Below the pieces are notes generated by a model. It was not told the origin of the DNA. It did no database searches and worked only from the letters and a program-made list of their open reading frames with translations. DNA of 63,710 nt, the filler included, from Octopus bimaculoides (lineage: Eukaryota): assembly GCF_001194135.2 (NCBI RefSeq). It is 6 parts of 5 records of this genome, joined end to end, with 100 filler letters (N's around TTAATTAATTAA, not from the genome) between each part and the next. Parts side by side here need not be neighbours in the genome. Positions count along the whole stretch, not along the records: positions 57,588 to 63,710 come from NC_068994.1; 5 more parts are not named here. One strand, given 5' to 3'. Both the position numbers and the translations under genes were made by a program. Every line of letters begins with the position of its first letter. The first letter of the stretch is position 1. Shown in pieces: positions 62,781-63,710 of the stretch.

Positions 62781-63710
62781 ACAGTGGTGATGGTGTCGAT
62801 GATGGTGATTTTTGTGGTATTGAAGCTAATGGTGGTGGTGGTGGTGGTGGTGGTGGTGGTGGTGCTTGTTGTGGCGAAGAAATTGTAGTCGTTTAGCCCG
62901 CAGGTATTTCTTGATTAGTAGACTTACGGTCAGAGTCATTCTCGATCTGACCACTCCGTCCAGTAAGACATTGTCCAACATGTCCTTCCTTGTTCTAAAA
63001 CAGTGGGTTGCCATTTTCAAGAATTTGGCTACTGTTTTTTTTTTATTCTTTCTTTTTTTCTTCTCTACCAGGCCAAACTATAACGTTTGAAGCTCCCCTG
63101 CTTAGAAACCCCGCGGTTATCACTGTTTTGATGATAGCTGGACAAACACAAATTTCACCTTGTTTCTGCATGCATGAACGCCCCCTGTCTATCCGACTTG
63201 AAGACATTATCCTATCCTATCCCCATCGCCACCACTAAGCAATGTGTTACTCTACCTTGTGTTTGTGTGTGCGCATGTGGTTGTGTATTTATTTTGCATG
63301 CGGGTATGTATGCAAGTCCGTTTCACAAAGCATGCGTGGTGCGTGTGTGTGTGTGTGTGCGCGCGCGCTCACTCAAATCTGTACGTATGTATGCGAGTAC
63401 GTTTGCTTGTGAATGCCTATGCATACCTATGCGTACTTGTGTTCGCGTGAGTATGGGCGCATACGTGTGATTGCATATGTTTGAACGTCAATATGAATGC
63501 GTGATTGCATCTGTCTGCATATGTGGGCGTATATATGTATATGTTTGTGTGTGGTTGCGTACGTTAAGGTACCTTAATATGTCTGATTTCTTGGTGTGTA
63601 TCCACATGCGTCACTAGTTTCCATGTGTGTATACACGCGTACGTGAGTGTAAGTGAGTGAGTGTTTGTATGTCTGTGGTTGTGTGTTTGTGTGTGTGTGT
63701 TTGTGTGTGT

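Overview
Repeat-rich animal genomic DNA, most likely octopus. This is inferred from the SINE families, dense (TA)n/(TG)n/(TATG)n/(CAT)n microsatellites and a GC-rich expanded 18S segment; it was not searched. The window is not one locus: five identical 100-bp linkers (N44-TTAATTAATTAA-N44) join six contigs (1-14502, 14603-43153, 43254-47164, 47265-52013, 52114-57487, 57588-63710). One host gene can be rebuilt by hand on the minus strand from five coding exons (29034 to 21127, 428 aa). It has an N-myristoylation motif plus basic patch, a long acidic Glu/Pro region with PEPESL repeats, and a C-terminal AMPK-beta-type glycogen-binding (CBM48) domain that ends without the AMPK-beta complex-assembly domain. 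Almost everything else is transposon debris: HERO-, CRE-, R4-, RTE- and CR1/L2-type LINE fragments, a long-TIR hAT-like transposon, a mariner-like fragment, MITEs and at least five SINE families. There is also a dispersed 18S rRNA fragment and a tRNA-Thr(GGT)-like sequence. The best candidate novelty is a tRNA-headed SINE carrying a Penelope-type minimal hammerhead ribozyme (25500-25901), with a second hammerhead at 40418-40453 and partial ones elsewhere. Family names come from recalled motifs, and transposon boundaries are approximate unless a TIR/TSD is quoted.
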